Shown here: one piece after another, positions 18,604-27,767 of the stretch
How the letters are laid out: each line of letters opens with the position of its first letter
Position numbering within the stretch: the stretch's first letter is position 1
Source: Bacillota bacterium
GTDB taxonomy: Bacteria; Macinerneyibacteriota; Macinerneyibacteria; Macinerneyibacteriales; DSCS01
Direction: 5' to 3'
DNA length: 64,000 nt
Assembly: GCA_011048995.1 (NCBI GenBank)
Contig: DSCS01000057.1
Coordinates: forward strand, 2,541-66,540
The notes under the pieces: model-generated
What the model saw: only the letters and a program-made list of their open reading frames with translations
Told to the model about the DNA's origin: nothing
The model's database searches: none
Translations under genes and position numbers: made by a program

Positions 18604-21600
18604 TTAATGCTGACGGATCTCGTCGATCCGGGCAGCAGCACTTTTGCTGTAAATCGTATTTTTCCCTGAAACACGGATAATATGCTCATAGAGCTCAATG
18701 GCCTTTTCCATTTCACCCAGGGCTTCATAGGCCTTTCCCCCTTCAAAAAGGGCTGTGACCATCCATTGAAAATCATCATCATTGTTTACGGGAATATACT
18801 TCACCTTCATAAATTCCCGAACAGCGTCCCTGTATTGCCCTTTCCGGTAAAAACAATCTCCGATATAAAACTGGACTTCCATCTTCATATCGTCCGGGGC
18901 CTGCTCAATAAGACTTTTAAGAAGGAGAAGGGCTTCATCATATTTATTTTCATCCATGTAGGCAATAATAATATTGATCCGGGCATTATTATAAAAAGGA
19001 TGATGCGGGAAGCGGTCGATGACTTGCTGAAAAGCCACTCGGGCCTCCTCCTGTTCTCCGGCCCCTTTATGCAGTAGTCCCAGATTGTAGAGAGCTTCAG
19101 GATTCGGTTTAAAGTGATAAGATCTGCTGAAGTATTCACGGGCTTTTTCTGTATTCCCCTTTGAATAGCTCAATTGCCCCATGGAAAGATAAAGTTTCTC
19201 TTTCGGCCCAAATGCCGGATTTGCCTCTAAAAGCCCGTAGATCTCTTCTGCCTGCGGCCCTTCACCCCGGCTGAGATGTATATTTCCCAGCATAAATGCG
19301 GCTTCCAGGTTCCATTGAGTTTCAAGGGGTGTTTTGCTTCCGCCGGCTTCCTTTAAATAGTTTTCAGCTGCGGCAATATCTTTTTTCTGCAGATAATAGT
19401 ATTCTCCCAACGCCAAAGCTAATTCTTCATTATAGTCCTTGATCAGCCTGCTGTTTACCTTTTTCAGGGAAAGAGCTTCTTCAATGCGGTTTAAATGGGT
19501 CATGGCAACGATGCGCCGGCTGACAGCATAGGCATCCGATCCGGGAAAAAGCTCTAAAATATCACGCCAACGCTCCTGTTCAGCCAAGACCTGAAAGATC
19601 CTTCTTTGAATGTCTTTGTCCCTGGCCTGGCGCAAAAGCGTCATCGCCGACCCGTCTAATCCCAGCCTTAGACAAGCCAGCCCTTTTACGGCCGCCAGTT
19701 CACCTTTTTGTGCTGTGATCTGGGCACACACATCTCCGGCTGTCTCTTTACGCCCGGCCAAGATCAAGGCATCCAAATAAAGACTCATAATACGGGGATC
19801 GTTATAATACCCCGGCATCCTGTTCAGTACATTATAGATATTAAAAATCGTATCCTCATACCGGGCCTGTTTGAAATTCATCTCCGCCAGCAAAAGACTG
19901 GCTTTTACTTTCATCTCAAAGGGTCGGGTAATATTGAGAAGCAGGTTTTCCGCCTCTGCAGACCGTCCTGTTTTGTAGTAGATATCCGCTAAATAGAAAG
20001 AAATATTCGCCTCATCCTCCGGTTTTTCGCTCGGAAGTCTTTTGAAAAGCGATTCGGCCTCCCCGAAGTCCGAGCGGTAGTAGGCCTTAAGAGCAAGAGC
20101 ATAATCAGCTGTCGGAGTCCCTGATATGCTTTCAGGGAGAGCCGGATCTTTTAAAGCCGCTGTCTTATCCTCCCGGATAAGGAAATCAATGTAGGCCCGG
20201 GCTGTCGCTTCATCTGTTGAAGCCGGAAAAAGGGAGAAGGCAAAAAGAAAATCCTCTTCCTCCAGCTGATTTTCCATATCGTAGTAGACCAGGACATCCG
20301 CATAGATCTCCGGAGCCGAAGGATATTCTTTATGTCGGATGAAGAAGTCAGCGGCCTGCTTCTTTGTAGCATTGCCTGTCATCAGGGCATAGGCTCCTGC
20401 ACGCAGGGCCTTCTCATCCCGGACTCCGGCTTTCGTGTAATAGTCGTAAGCCTGCTCAAACTGTTTCATCTCATAAAAGATATCGCCTCGCTTTTTAAGA
20501 AGTTCCTTTTCAGGAAGAGGAGAGGCCATCTGCTGCTCCAGTAAAGCATCGAGAGCCGCAAGCCCCTTTTCTGTATCCGTCATGATATAGTGTTCCAGGT
20601 AGCGGATCCGTTTTGCAGCACGGTCGGATAACAATGAAAAGGGAAAACGTTCCTGGATCGTCTGATAAGTATAAACAGCCCGGTCATGCCGTTTTATCTT
20701 TTCATAGCAATACCCCGTCTCATAAAGGGATTTGTCACCGTAGCCTTCGGCATTGAAGCTGTTGCGCTCATAAGCGGCAATGGCCCGCTCATAGTCCTTC
20801 ATTTCATAGGCATAGAGATGCCCTACACGGTAAACCAGCCAGGGGACTTCCGGGTCTCCGGGGTATGCGCTGACATAGTCCAATAAAGCGTGGACGGCAT
20901 AAGCATAAAAGTTCCCTCTTTCGAAGGATTCCGCCTGTTCCAGAAAAACTCGTTTGACATCAGCGTCCCGGCCCCGGGACTCATAATAGCCGACAAGGTC
21001 ACCGTAAAGAGAGCGGATCTTATCGGTATCCCAGCTCCCCTCGTCTTTTTTCTCCATGGATAGAGCCAATCGGATGATTTCCGGATAGAGAGGGCTTTCA
21101 GGATAGGTTTTCAGAAAATAATCGATCTCTTTTGCGGCTTCATTGATGCGTTTTAATTGGAAAAGCGCTTCAGCTTTGCCCTGCAGGGCATCATCAGCCG
21201 CAGAGCTGTTGGGGTTTTTCTCTAAAAGTGTGCTAAAGGCCGTGACCGCTTCCGCATAGGCTCCCCGCCGCATAAAGACCAAGCCTCTTCCGTATAACGC
21301 TTTTTCGTAATAAGGGCTTTGGGGATATTTGTTCATTAACGACTGGTATTCTTTTAAGGCTGTGCTGTAATCCCGCAGTCCGAAAGCGATCTCCCCTTTA
21401 TACCAAGACCATAGGCCCGGCTCCATATCCTGCTCAGAGAGTTTTTCCCAATACCCTTTTGCTTTTTCCATCTCATTCCGTTCAAAATGGTATTTTAAAA
21501 GCGAGTGATAAGCCTTCTTTAAATTGCTCCCACGCGGGTTCAGGTTAATGATCTCCTTCATAGCCTGAAGATACTTCTCTCCTTTATCCGCTGCTTTATA

Positions 21601-22035
21601 AAGATCCGCTGCAAGAAAAAGGCTTTCTGTATAAAAAGAAGCATCCCTGTAAAAGCGGCGGATCTGCTCCACGGCATCTAAAGCTTGTACGTTCATCCCG
21701 CTTTTTCTCAGTGCTGATGCGATAAAAAAGAGAATGTCCCCCATGTGGGAGCTTTTTTTGTACCGCTGAATAAAACGGTTCCCTTCGGTCAAGACCATAT
21801 TCGTCTTACCTAATTGATGATAAGAAGCGATAAGCCGTTGATAAGCGCTTTCCACCCTGCGGTCCTGAGGATTTTCATTGATAAATGTCTTGTATTCTTC
21901 CACGGCGAGATCAAAATAACCGTCCTGATAAAGTTTTTCAGCATAATCGTAACCTCCGATAACACTGAAAAGGGGCTGCACGCCCCATAAGATTAAGAGC
22001 AGGAAAAGGGCAGCATGTTTATAAAGAGGCTTCAT
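18604..22035 (-). CDS. Giant secreted TPR-repeat protein, 1143 aa.
   Basis: A signal peptide is followed by more than 20 TPR-like repeats. It overlaps the polyferredoxin gene by 17 nt. Confidence 0.75.
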   Translation of the reverse strand: MKPLYKHAALFLLLILWGVQPLFSVIGGYDYAEKLYQDGYFDLAVEEYKTFINENPQDRRVESAYQRLIASYHQLGKTNMVLTEGNRFIQRYKKSSHMGDILFFIASALRKSGMNVQALDAVEQIRRFYRDASFYTESLFLAADLYKAADKGEKYLQAMKEIINLNPRGSNLKKAYHSLLKYHFERNEMEKAKGYWEKLSEQDMEPGLWSWYKGEIAFGLRDYSTALKEYQSLMNKYPQSPYYEKALYGRGLVFMRRGAYAEAVTAFSTLLEKNPNSSAADDALQGKAEALFQLKRINEAAKEIDYFLKTYPESPLYPEIIRLALSMEKKDEGSWDTDKIRSLYGDLVGYYESRGRDADVKRVFLEQAESFERGNFYAYAVHALLDYVSAYPGDPEVPWLVYRVGHLYAYEMKDYERAIAAYERNSFNAEGYGDKSLYETGYCYEKIKRHDRAVYTYQTIQERFPFSLLSDRAAKRIRYLEHYIMTDTEKGLAALDALLEQQMASPLPEKELLKKRGDIFYEMKQFEQAYDYYTKAGVRDEKALRAGAYALMTGNATKKQAADFFIRHKEYPSAPEIYADVLVYYDMENQLEEEDFLFAFSLFPASTDEATARAYIDFLIREDKTAALKDPALPESISGTPTADYALALKAYYRSDFGEAESLFKRLPSEKPEDEANISFYLADIYYKTGRSAEAENLLLNITRPFEMKVKASLLLAEMNFKQARYEDTIFNIYNVLNRMPGYYNDPRIMSLYLDALILAGRKETAGDVCAQITAQKGELAAVKGLACLRLGLDGSAMTLLRQARDKDIQRRIFQVLAEQERWRDILELFPGSDAYAVSRRIVAMTHLNRIEEALSLKKVNSRLIKDYNEELALALGEYYYLQKKDIAAAENYLKEAGGSKTPLETQWNLEAAFMLGNIHLSRGEGPQAEEIYGLLEANPAFGPKEKLYLSMGQLSYSKGNTEKAREYFSRSYHFKPNPEALYNLGLLHKGAGEQEEARVAFQQVIDRFPHHPFYNNARINIIIAYMDENKYDEALLLLKSLIEQAPDDMKMEVQFYIGDCFYRKGQYRDAVREFMKVKYIPVNNDDDFQWMVTALFEGGKAYEALGEMEKAIELYEHIIRVSGKNTIYSKSAAARIDEIRQH

Positions 22036-22864
22036 TGAAGGCTCCTTTCTCTTTAGACAAAGGCGAAGTAAAGGTTATACAGGATACCGGGCAGGCCGGC
22101 AGACAATCTCCGCAGCGGATACATTCAGCCGAAGCCGGATGTTCGCTGATATTGATATCAACAGGGCAAACCTTTCTGCAGGCATCGCACGATATACAGG
22201 TATTCATATCCACATGTATTGAAAACAAGCTGAATTTATTAAAAAATCCCAGAAAAGCACCCAAAGGGCAAGCCGTGCGGCAGAAGAAACGGGGAATGAC
22301 AAGAGAAAAAGCGCTAAAAAAGAGCAAAAGCCCTAATTTCCAAAAATAAATGAATCCCAATGGGATACCTAAAGACCAGACAAGTGTAAGCCCGCCTTGC
22401 AACGTCCCGGCCGGGCAAATTAAAGTGCAGAAAGCCGGCTTCGAAAGAAGTAAGGGGAGAAGAACAACAAAGAGGAAAAGAATGACATATTTCATTTTTG
22501 TCCATATACGGGGCAATTTCAGGGATTTTTTCGTTGTTTTTTTTAAAAGATCCTGATAGAAGCCGAAAGGACAGAGATGCCCGCAGACCCATCGCCCGGC
22601 CAGGATCCCGGCACTGCCCACTATCCCCAAGACCATAAGGGAAAGATGCCGTGCATTGCTGTAGATCATGTATTGGAGGCTGCCCAAAGGGCAGGATGTC
22701 AAGGCGCCGGGGCAGGAATAGCAATTCAATACCGGAAGGCATAAGCCCTTCGCGGCTCCCTGGTAGGGATGTGCCTCAAGGAATCCTTTCAAATGAGCAT
22801 TGATTCCCAATGAAAAGAGCAGCTGATGCCAAAACCGTTTTTTTAAAAATGCAAAAAGGCCCAT
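22019..22864 (-). CDS. Membrane-bound 4Fe-4S polyferredoxin (NapH/MauN-like).
   Basis: 281 aa with four TM segments. CxxxCP motifs (NCYSCPG, CGHLCPF, CRTACPLG) are present, plus two C-terminal CxxCxxCxxxCP ferredoxin motifs. Confidence 0.7.
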   Translation of the reverse strand: MGLFAFLKKRFWHQLLFSLGINAHLKGFLEAHPYQGAAKGLCLPVLNCYSCPGALTSCPLGSLQYMIYSNARHLSLMVLGIVGSAGILAGRWVCGHLCPFGFYQDLLKKTTKKSLKLPRIWTKMKYVILFLFVVLLPLLLSKPAFCTLICPAGTLQGGLTLVWSLGIPLGFIYFWKLGLLLFFSAFSLVIPRFFCRTACPLGAFLGFFNKFSLFSIHVDMNTCISCDACRKVCPVDINISEHPASAECIRCGDCLPACPVSCITFTSPLSKEKGAFNEASL

Positions 22865-22865
22865 T

Positions 22866-23009
22866 TTATCCGATCCCTATACATCCGAAACAGATAAGGC
22901 TGCCATTATTTTTGATCAGCGCCCACTCTCCCGTAACCAGCCCTGCTGCAATAAGCAGCAGCATCATAATCAGAACGATCATGGCAAAGTACTTATTTCT
23001 TTTTTTCAT
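22866..23009 (-). CDS. Unannotated small membrane protein, 47 aa, ending in CFGC.
   Basis: Hand translation reads MKKRNKYFAMIVLIMMLLLIAAGLVTGEWALIKNNGSLICFGCIGIG. GAAGGAG sits 7 nt upstream. The ATG lies inside the last codons of folP in another frame. The TAA stop is 1 nt before the polyferredoxin ATG. It is below the 60-aa cut-off of the ORF track. Confidence 0.5.
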   Translation of the reverse strand: MKKRNKYFAMIVLIMMLLLIAAGLVTGEWALIKNNGSLICFGCIGIG

Positions 23010-24210
23010 TCAAAACTCCTTCGACGATCTCCAAAGTCTGCCTGGCCGCAGCCACGTCATGAGCCCTTATAACATCAGCCCCGTTTATTAAAGACAATGT
23101 ATGGGCCGCAATAGTTCCCCACAACCGGCCTTCCGGATCTTTTCCGGTAAGCCGGCCGATAAAGGACTTCCGGGACAACCCCATGACAACAGGATATCCC
23201 AGGCTTTTAAGCTCCCTTAAACGTCTTATGATCTCAGCATTATCCTCTGTTCGTTTCCCAAACCCGATACCCGGGTCGATCAGTACGGATTCTCCCAAAA
23301 TGCCCGCCCGAAGGGCCGCGTCGCTTCGTTCCTTCAAAAAGGCGAAGATCTCTGCCATCAGGTCTTCATAGGAGGGCTCCTTTTGCATTGTTTCCGGAGT
23401 CCCCTTCATATGCATAAGAATAACGGCTGAATGAGCAGAAGCGACAGCCTCCGCCATGGACGCATCAGATGTCAGGGCAGAGACATCGTTGATCATGTCC
23501 GCTCCGGCATCCAGAGAACGACGGGCTACTTCGCTTTTTCTGGTATCCACTGAGATAAGGATCTCTGAATCCAGCCGGCGGACAAGAGTGAGAGCCCCTT
23601 CGATCCGTTCCCACTCTTCATCAGGGGAGACTTCCCGGCTTCCGGGCCTGGTCGATTCTCCTCCAATATCAATAATGCGGGCTCCTTCTTCAAGCATGGA
23701 TTCCACCCGCTTATCCAACTCCTGCTGTTCACTGTAATATCCGCCGTCATAAAAAGAATCCGGAGTCCTGTTTAATATCCCCATAATCACCGGTGAACTC
23801 AAATCAACCACTTTATCCCGGGCCCGGATCATACGGGGCGGTTCAAGAGGAGAGATCAAAGCCTCTGCAACCTCTTTTAACCCGAAGGGCTGCTCTTTCA
23901 ATTTTTCGCTTAATTTCTCCAAAGTCCGCTGTGTCCCTATGACAATGATATCGGTCTTGTCGGGGCGTCCGGAAATAGCAGAGCGTGGCAGGACACAATC
24001 AGCTCCGACACTCAGGGCATCCTGTTTGATGATATTTGCTGCTTCAATGCGGCAAGCGTCTATTTTAATCAAAAGGGTTTCTTTTTTCTGTTGAAAAATG
24101 CCCAGGGCATACGAGTCGACTCCGATACGCTTCATCTCTTTTTCAAAATCCCCGGCCGAGGGATATAAACGTCTTATCCTGTCCTTCATCTTACTCCTCT
24201 TCATGTCCAT
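22993..24210 (-). CDS. folP: Dihydropteroate synthase with an N-terminal extra domain.
   Basis: 405 aa. The pterin-binding motifs read ILNRTPDSFYDGG and IDIGGESTRPG. Confidence 0.85.
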   Translation of the reverse strand: MDMKRSKMKDRIRRLYPSAGDFEKEMKRIGVDSYALGIFQQKKETLLIKIDACRIEAANIIKQDALSVGADCVLPRSAISGRPDKTDIIVIGTQRTLEKLSEKLKEQPFGLKEVAEALISPLEPPRMIRARDKVVDLSSPVIMGILNRTPDSFYDGGYYSEQQELDKRVESMLEEGARIIDIGGESTRPGSREVSPDEEWERIEGALTLVRRLDSEILISVDTRKSEVARRSLDAGADMINDVSALTSDASMAEAVASAHSAVILMHMKGTPETMQKEPSYEDLMAEIFAFLKERSDAALRAGILGESVLIDPGIGFGKRTEDNAEIIRRLRELKSLGYPVVMGLSRKSFIGRLTGKDPEGRLWGTIAAHTLSLINGADVIRAHDVAAARQTLEIVEGVLNEKKK

Positions 24211-24249
24211 AAAATATTTCGGGATGGCAGGGGATACAGCCCCCCCATT

Positions 24250-25989
24250 CTATCGTTCCCTCCCGGCTCTGTCAACGGAAATATCCCCTCTCTCAGCACC
24301 CAGAACTCTCACGTCAAAAGGGTCTAACAACAGAGTGTCCGGGTGATGCCCATGTGTTCCCGGATAAAGTTCATACCTATATTTCCGGCTGCCCAAAGAA
24401 GAAAGAGAGAGCCTTTGGGGTTTATCTGTGATATTAATAAAACAATAGAGGCGCGCTTTACCTTTGCCCCGGATGACCGTAAACACGGAGTCCCCCGTAT
24501 CGGGATAAACGGCCGGAGCATGAGGCGAAAAAGCCTTAAAATTCCGGCGAAAACGGAGCAGGCGGGCATAGCCGCTGAATATTTTGGATTGAAAGCCTTC
24601 CTCTCCCGCAATGATTTTGCAAACTTCCTCGAAAGACGATTTGTACCTGTTGATAGCCCGGGCCTTGCCTTTGGCCTTGACTCCCTCGTTCCAATTCTCT
24701 ATCCCAAAAAGACTGTTGACATAGACAGCGGGGATTCCCGGCAAAAAAAGCATCAGGGCCTGAGACGCCAGGAAAGCTTTCACACGCAGCTCTTCATTTT
24801 TAAGCCCGGCTGTGACGGCATCAAGAAAAGTGATGTTCAATTCATATGGACAAGGCCCCTTTTGAGGATCATCCCGGTAAGAGACGGCCCCGCCGGCTTC
24901 CTCCGTCTTTGCAACGACAGCATCCAATTCTTCTTTGCTTATGTAACCTTCCAGGGGACGTACTCCGATGCCGTCATGGGAAGCCGTAAAATTTAAAAAA
25001 GCGCATTGTCTTGTGGGAGTTTTTAAGGTCCGGGCCCAATGACGGAGTTTTGATGCGTTTTGATATAAAAAAGCATAGAACGTCAACGGGGGCAGAGGGA
25101 AATTGTAGATGACTTGAGCTTCATCCCGGCCGTTTCCAAAATAAGAAATATTCTCTTTATGCGGAACATTGGTTTCCGTCACAAGCAGGAACCCCGGAGC
25201 CCGAGCTGTTGTAAAAAGCCGAAAGAGTTTTATGATCTGATGGGTTTCATCCAGGTGAATCGAAGGCGTGCCGTGTTTTTTCCACAAAAACCCTACGGCA
25301 TCCAGCCTCAGGGCCTCGATTCCCCGATCCATGTAGAGGGCGATGATCTCCAGCATTTTCATCAAAACGCGGGGATTGGCATAGTTGAGGTCGACCTGAT
25401 CGGCGCTGAATGTCGTCCACAGCCAGACTTTTGTCCCGTCTTTTTTCATAAAAGGCGACAAAAGCGGCAGCGCCCTGGGGCGGATAACAGCACTGAGATC
25501 CGTTTGAGGATCCATTTCAATAAAAAAATCATCATACTCCCGATTGCCGGCCAAATATTCTTTCACCCAGGGACTTTGGGCAGATACATGGTTTAAGACC
25601 AGATCCCCCATAAGGCCGAGCTCGCGGCTGATCTCTTGAATATGGCCCCAAGTGCCGAGTTGGGGGTCCACTTTTTCATAATCGATAACGGCAAAACCGT
25701 CATCCGATGAATAGGGAAAAAAAGGCAGCAGATGGGCCAGAGAAAAAAGGGGCCGAAAAAAAGAAGAGGCCGCTTCCCTGAAGACCTCCAGCGGGGGCCG
25801 TCCGGGGTCATTAAGAGAGTCCGCATAGGTGATCAGCCAACAGTCCTCTGAAGTAAAGCGCCGGGTTCGCTTTTCTTTGTTTTCCCCCTCTTTGATCAGC
25901 TTCTCCATGCATAAGAGAATCTCCCTCCGGCTGCCTTCCGGATACAGGGGAGATAGAAGAGTGTCGGCCTTTTTTTTCCAGTTCATCAT
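24250..25989 (-). CDS. GH13 sucrose-phosphorylase-family sugar phosphorylase.
   Basis: LITYADSL, RLDAVGFLWKK and GH13 catalytic blocks are present. The track start is a TTG. I used the first in-frame ATG (MMNWKK) with low certainty on the exact start. Confidence 0.75.
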   Translation of the reverse strand: MMNWKKKADTLLSPLYPEGSRREILLCMEKLIKEGENKEKRTRRFTSEDCWLITYADSLNDPGRPPLEVFREAASSFFRPLFSLAHLLPFFPYSSDDGFAVIDYEKVDPQLGTWGHIQEISRELGLMGDLVLNHVSAQSPWVKEYLAGNREYDDFFIEMDPQTDLSAVIRPRALPLLSPFMKKDGTKVWLWTTFSADQVDLNYANPRVLMKMLEIIALYMDRGIEALRLDAVGFLWKKHGTPSIHLDETHQIIKLFRLFTTARAPGFLLVTETNVPHKENISYFGNGRDEAQVIYNFPLPPLTFYAFLYQNASKLRHWARTLKTPTRQCAFLNFTASHDGIGVRPLEGYISKEELDAVVAKTEEAGGAVSYRDDPQKGPCPYELNITFLDAVTAGLKNEELRVKAFLASQALMLFLPGIPAVYVNSLFGIENWNEGVKAKGKARAINRYKSSFEEVCKIIAGEEGFQSKIFSGYARLLRFRRNFKAFSPHAPAVYPDTGDSVFTVIRGKGKARLYCFINITDKPQRLSLSSLGSRKYRYELYPGTHGHHPDTLLLDPFDVRVLGAERGDISVDRAGRER

Positions 25990-26095
25990 CTCTATTAAAC
26001 TACCTGATTTTCCCCTTTTATGCAAGGTTCTTGCTTTTTTTTTATTCCTTCTGTATGATATTTTTATGACATGCGTATCTTCTTTCCCCCCGCTT

Positions 26096-26809
26096 ATGAC
26101 ATTAAAAAGCCTGACTCAGGCTCGATTCCTGGACCGCCCGAACCGTTTTACCGTCATCGCCCGGATCGGCAGCGGGGACGAGACGGCTCATCTTCATGAC
26201 CCCGGACGGCTAAAAGAGCTTCTTTTCAAAGGGAACACACTGCTCCTTCGCAAAGCCTCTCCGGGGATTAAGCGTAAAACATCATGGGATGTCATTGCCG
26301 CGGCTTCAGGGAAAAAATGGGTGATCATCAATTCTTCTCTTCACCGGGCTTTAGGAATAAACCTTTTTTCCTCCGGCTACAGTCCTTTGGGGCCTCTTTT
26401 TTCCCTGAAAAGTGAAGTGAAAACAGAAAACGGGCGATTGGACTTTTATGCCCGGACACCGGCAGGTGATCTCTGGATAGAGACCAAAGGATGCACATTA
26501 TTCGTCGACAATCATGCCCTTTTCCCCGATGCCCCCACAGCACGGGGAAGCCGCCATGTTCAGGAACTGATCTCTTTTCGTCAAAAGGGATTCAGGGCGG
26601 CTCTCGTGTTTTTTATTTTTTCTTCGCAAGCATCAGATTTCGCCCCCTTTACAGAACGCGACCCTCTTTTTTCGGATATGCTTTATGAGGCGGCCGCGCA
26701 AGGAGTCGAAATCTATCCGCTCCTCATGGATTTTGACGGAACACATATCCGTTATATAGACAGCGTCTCACTGGTCCCCTTAGAAGAAAGGAGTAAATAT
26801 GAAATATAA
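26096..26809 (+). CDS. sfsA: Sugar fermentation stimulation protein SfsA homolog.
   Basis: The N-terminus LTQARFLDRPNRFTVIA matches the SfsA signature. The track ORF (from 25829) extends 89 aa further 5', into sequence antisense to the phosphorylase gene. Confidence 0.8.
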   Translation: MTLKSLTQARFLDRPNRFTVIARIGSGDETAHLHDPGRLKELLFKGNTLLLRKASPGIKRKTSWDVIAAASGKKWVIINSSLHRALGINLFSSGYSPLGPLFSLKSEVKTENGRLDFYARTPAGDLWIETKGCTLFVDNHALFPDAPTARGSRHVQELISFRQKGFRAALVFFIFSSQASDFAPFTERDPLFSDMLYEAAAQGVEIYPLLMDFDGTHIRYIDSVSLVPLEERSKYEI

Positions 26810-27767
26810 TCATTTAGGGAAAAGCGGACTGAAAGTCAGCGAGATCTCATTTGGCTCCTGGATCACTTTCGGCAAGCAGACAGATCTGGTCAGCGCCGGA
26901 AAACTGATGAAAAACGCCTTTGACCGGGGAATCAACTTTTTTGATAATGCCGAAGCCTATGCCCGGGGGCTGTCCGAATTGATCATGGGAGAGATCTTAA
27001 GGAGTTTCAGACGGGAAGACCTTGTTCTCTCCACAAAAATCTACTGGGGTGGAGAAGGCCCCAATCAAACGGGGCTCTCCCGTAAACACTTGATTGAAGG
27101 GACGAAAAACTCTTTACGGCGTCTGCAGCTGGAATATGTGGATCTGCTTTTCTGCCATCGTCCTGACCCGGAGACCCCCATTGAAGAGACTGTCCTGGCC
27201 ATGGACAGCCTTGTCCGGGGCGGCCAGGCCCTTTACTGGGGAACATCAGAATGGAGCGCATCCTCCCTGGAGGAAGCTTTTCAGATCTGTCGCGAACTGA
27301 ACTGTATTCCCCCCTCAATGGAACAGCCCCAATACAACATGCTCGTCAGAGACCGCTTTGAGAAAGAATACGCGTCGCTTTATGAAAAACACCACATCGG
27401 GACTACCACATGGAGTCCCTTAGCTTCAGGGATATTGACGGGCAAATATAACAGCGGCATCCCGTCCGAAAGCCGGCTGGCGCTCAATCCCGCCTTGCGT
27501 CAAAGCCTCGAAGATTCCGGACTGCTTTCTGAAACATCTCTGGAAAAAGTCAAAGAACTGACTGCTCTCGCAGAAGACCTGGGGGGAAGTATGGCCCAGC
27601 TGGCGATTGCATGGATTCTCAAAAACCCCCATGTCAGTACAGTCATCACAGGAGCAACATCAGAAAAACAGCTGGATGAAAACATTAATGCACTGTATCT
27701 AAAAGAAAAACTGGATAGCGATACGATGAAAACAATCGAAACTATTTTAACAAGGGAGGAATCATGA
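26799..27767 (+). CDS. Aldo/keto reductase (Kv-beta / YajO-like).
   Basis: 322 aa with typical AKR blocks (GINFFDNAEAY, LFCHRPD). Confidence 0.8.
   Translation: MKYNHLGKSGLKVSEISFGSWITFGKQTDLVSAGKLMKNAFDRGINFFDNAEAYARGLSELIMGEILRSFRREDLVLSTKIYWGGEGPNQTGLSRKHLIEGTKNSLRRLQLEYVDLLFCHRPDPETPIEETVLAMDSLVRGGQALYWGTSEWSASSLEEAFQICRELNCIPPSMEQPQYNMLVRDRFEKEYASLYEKHHIGTTTWSPLASGILTGKYNSGIPSESRLALNPALRQSLEDSGLLSETSLEKVKELTALAEDLGGSMAQLAIAWILKNPHVSTVITGATSEKQLDENINALYLKEKLDSDTMKTIETILTREES

Noticed and set aside
25829-26095. The N-terminal 89 codons of the track's 326-aa sfsA ORF.
   Set aside because: This part overlaps the phosphorylase gene on the opposite strand. The conserved SfsA N-terminus begins at the ATG at 26096.
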